16,266 bases of DNA, taken from positions 1 through 16,266 of the forward strand of contig JASFQK010000064.1 in assembly GCA_050115495.1 (NCBI GenBank). The letters run 5' to 3'. The notes beneath the pieces are model-generated. The model did no database searches and had not been told where the DNA came from. It was given only the letters and a program-made list of their open reading frames with translations. This document shows positions 15,461 through 16,266 of the stretch, one piece after another. The position numbers and the translations under genes are program-made. The stretch is from Phycisphaerae bacterium (GTDB lineage Bacteria; Planctomycetota; Phycisphaerae; UBA1845; Fen-1342). Positions within the stretch are counted from its first letter, which is position 1. The number at the start of each line of letters is the position of its first letter.

Positions 15461-15721
15461 GATGACATCGGCCCATTCACAGGCCGGCCGATCTCCGGGG
15501 CAACGACGGTCGTTTACGAGCGGGACGCCGAGAACCCGCTGGTGGCGGCGAGGCCGGCGGCCGGCGACCAAGACGTGCCGTCCAATTACGACTACCTCGG
15601 TCGCCGAACTGAGAAGGCGGTGTATGATTGGGATAGCGGCAGGCATCAGTGGGAGGTGGTGCCGACGGAGGTCCACCGGCGGGTGTGGAGCGGCCGGCTG
15701 ATGCTGCTGGAACTGGACGGC
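15461..15721 (+). pseudogene. RHS/YD-repeat protein remnant
   Basis: YERDAENPLVA...NYDYLGRRTEKAVYDW...RRVWSGRLMLLELDG resembles the RHS 'YxWDAENRL...YDYxGRRxxKxV...FVWxGWxxxxELDG' segment but with degenerate residues. It has no credible start, and the frame runs into a repeat. Confidence 0.75.
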
Positions 15722-15733
15722 AGCGACGATGAG

Positions 15734-15820
15734 GAGAAGAGGGGACAGGAAAAGGGGGCATCCTGCTTCTCCCTTCATCAACGAATAGATTGTCCCCCAT
15801 TGTCTCTGCCCCCTTTTCTC
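15734..15820. repeat. Nested inverted-repeat element of the AAGGGGACA family
   Basis: Outer GAGAAGAGGGGACAG / CTGCCCCCTTTTCTC; inner GGGGGCATCCTGCTTC / GAATAGATTGTCCCC. Confidence 0.65.
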
Positions 15821-16248
15821 TTGCGGATACCGCATGTTGGGCGAATCGTCGTCTTCTGCGCGTGTGTGTCGTTAGTGTGCGTGCGCGCTCACGAAGAATC
15901 GGGGTGCTGTGTGTATGGTGTAGAGGACAGGAGAAGGAGTTGATCTCGGACACGCCTCATGCGATACTGAAGACTGGCAGGTCACCGGGCGCATGTTGCA
16001 GGGAGTCGTGCGTGAGTGTTGCGCCGCACGTGTTCGCTGTATTGCTTGTGACGGTTTTCGTGGCCTACTGGGCCATGCCGGTCGCGGACGCAGCCTGTTC
16101 TTGTGGACTGCCAGTTGCATGTTCTATGGATGGTGGGAGGGACGGGAGCTATAACCGAATTTCGTTGATGGCGGGATGAAAAAAGGCGGCGTACTCTCGG
16201 GATCAAGATTGGTTCCGAGCCGCCCACGCTGGGCAGAGGAGTACGCCG

Positions 16249-16266
16249 ATGCACGAGAGTAACGAC
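16249..16266 (+). CDS. Probable gene start truncated by the window edge (MHESND...)
   Basis: GAGGAG RBS 7 nt before the ATG; only 6 codons visible. Confidence 0.45.

Noticed and set aside
14867..15835. Extended N-termini in the ORF track (also 2662, 6588, 10291, 13072, 13211)
   Set aside because: Downstream starts have RBS/promoter or family-typical N-termini; the extensions overlap other genes or repeats.
15790..16179. 129-aa ORF and GT-alternating stretch near 15858-15890
   Set aside because: Begins inside a repeat, no RBS, atypical codon usage; the alternating tract is too short and imperfect to call.

Overview
High-GC bacterial window. The dockerin-tailed secreted enzymes and the repeat types suggest Planctomycetota/Phycisphaerae (inference). 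The core contains aroF, a secreted TPR-like protein, an orphan CapD/PglF-type dehydratase, a small excisionase/MerR-like HTH gene, two secreted dockerin-tailed hydrolases (TPR plus BNR beta-propeller; papain-family C1A protease), a membrane-anchored helical-barrel protein, trpF, an M48 protease and a double zf-TFIIB protein. Both ends look accessory. At the left, an IS256-type element has truncated a small membrane-protein gene, preceded by a 46-aa Zn-ribbon gene missing from the ORF track and a compact three-way-junction RNA candidate. At the right is an RHS/YD remnant directly preceded by a dockerin-like DIGPF motif and ending at a nested inverted repeat. Intergenic spacers hold several REP-like hairpin families and 7-mer tandem repeats. 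The best candidates for new biology are a shared-dockerin surface system that may include RHS toxins, and the Zn-ribbon/structured RNA/membrane-protein module. All family calls come from motif recognition by eye; no searches were run.
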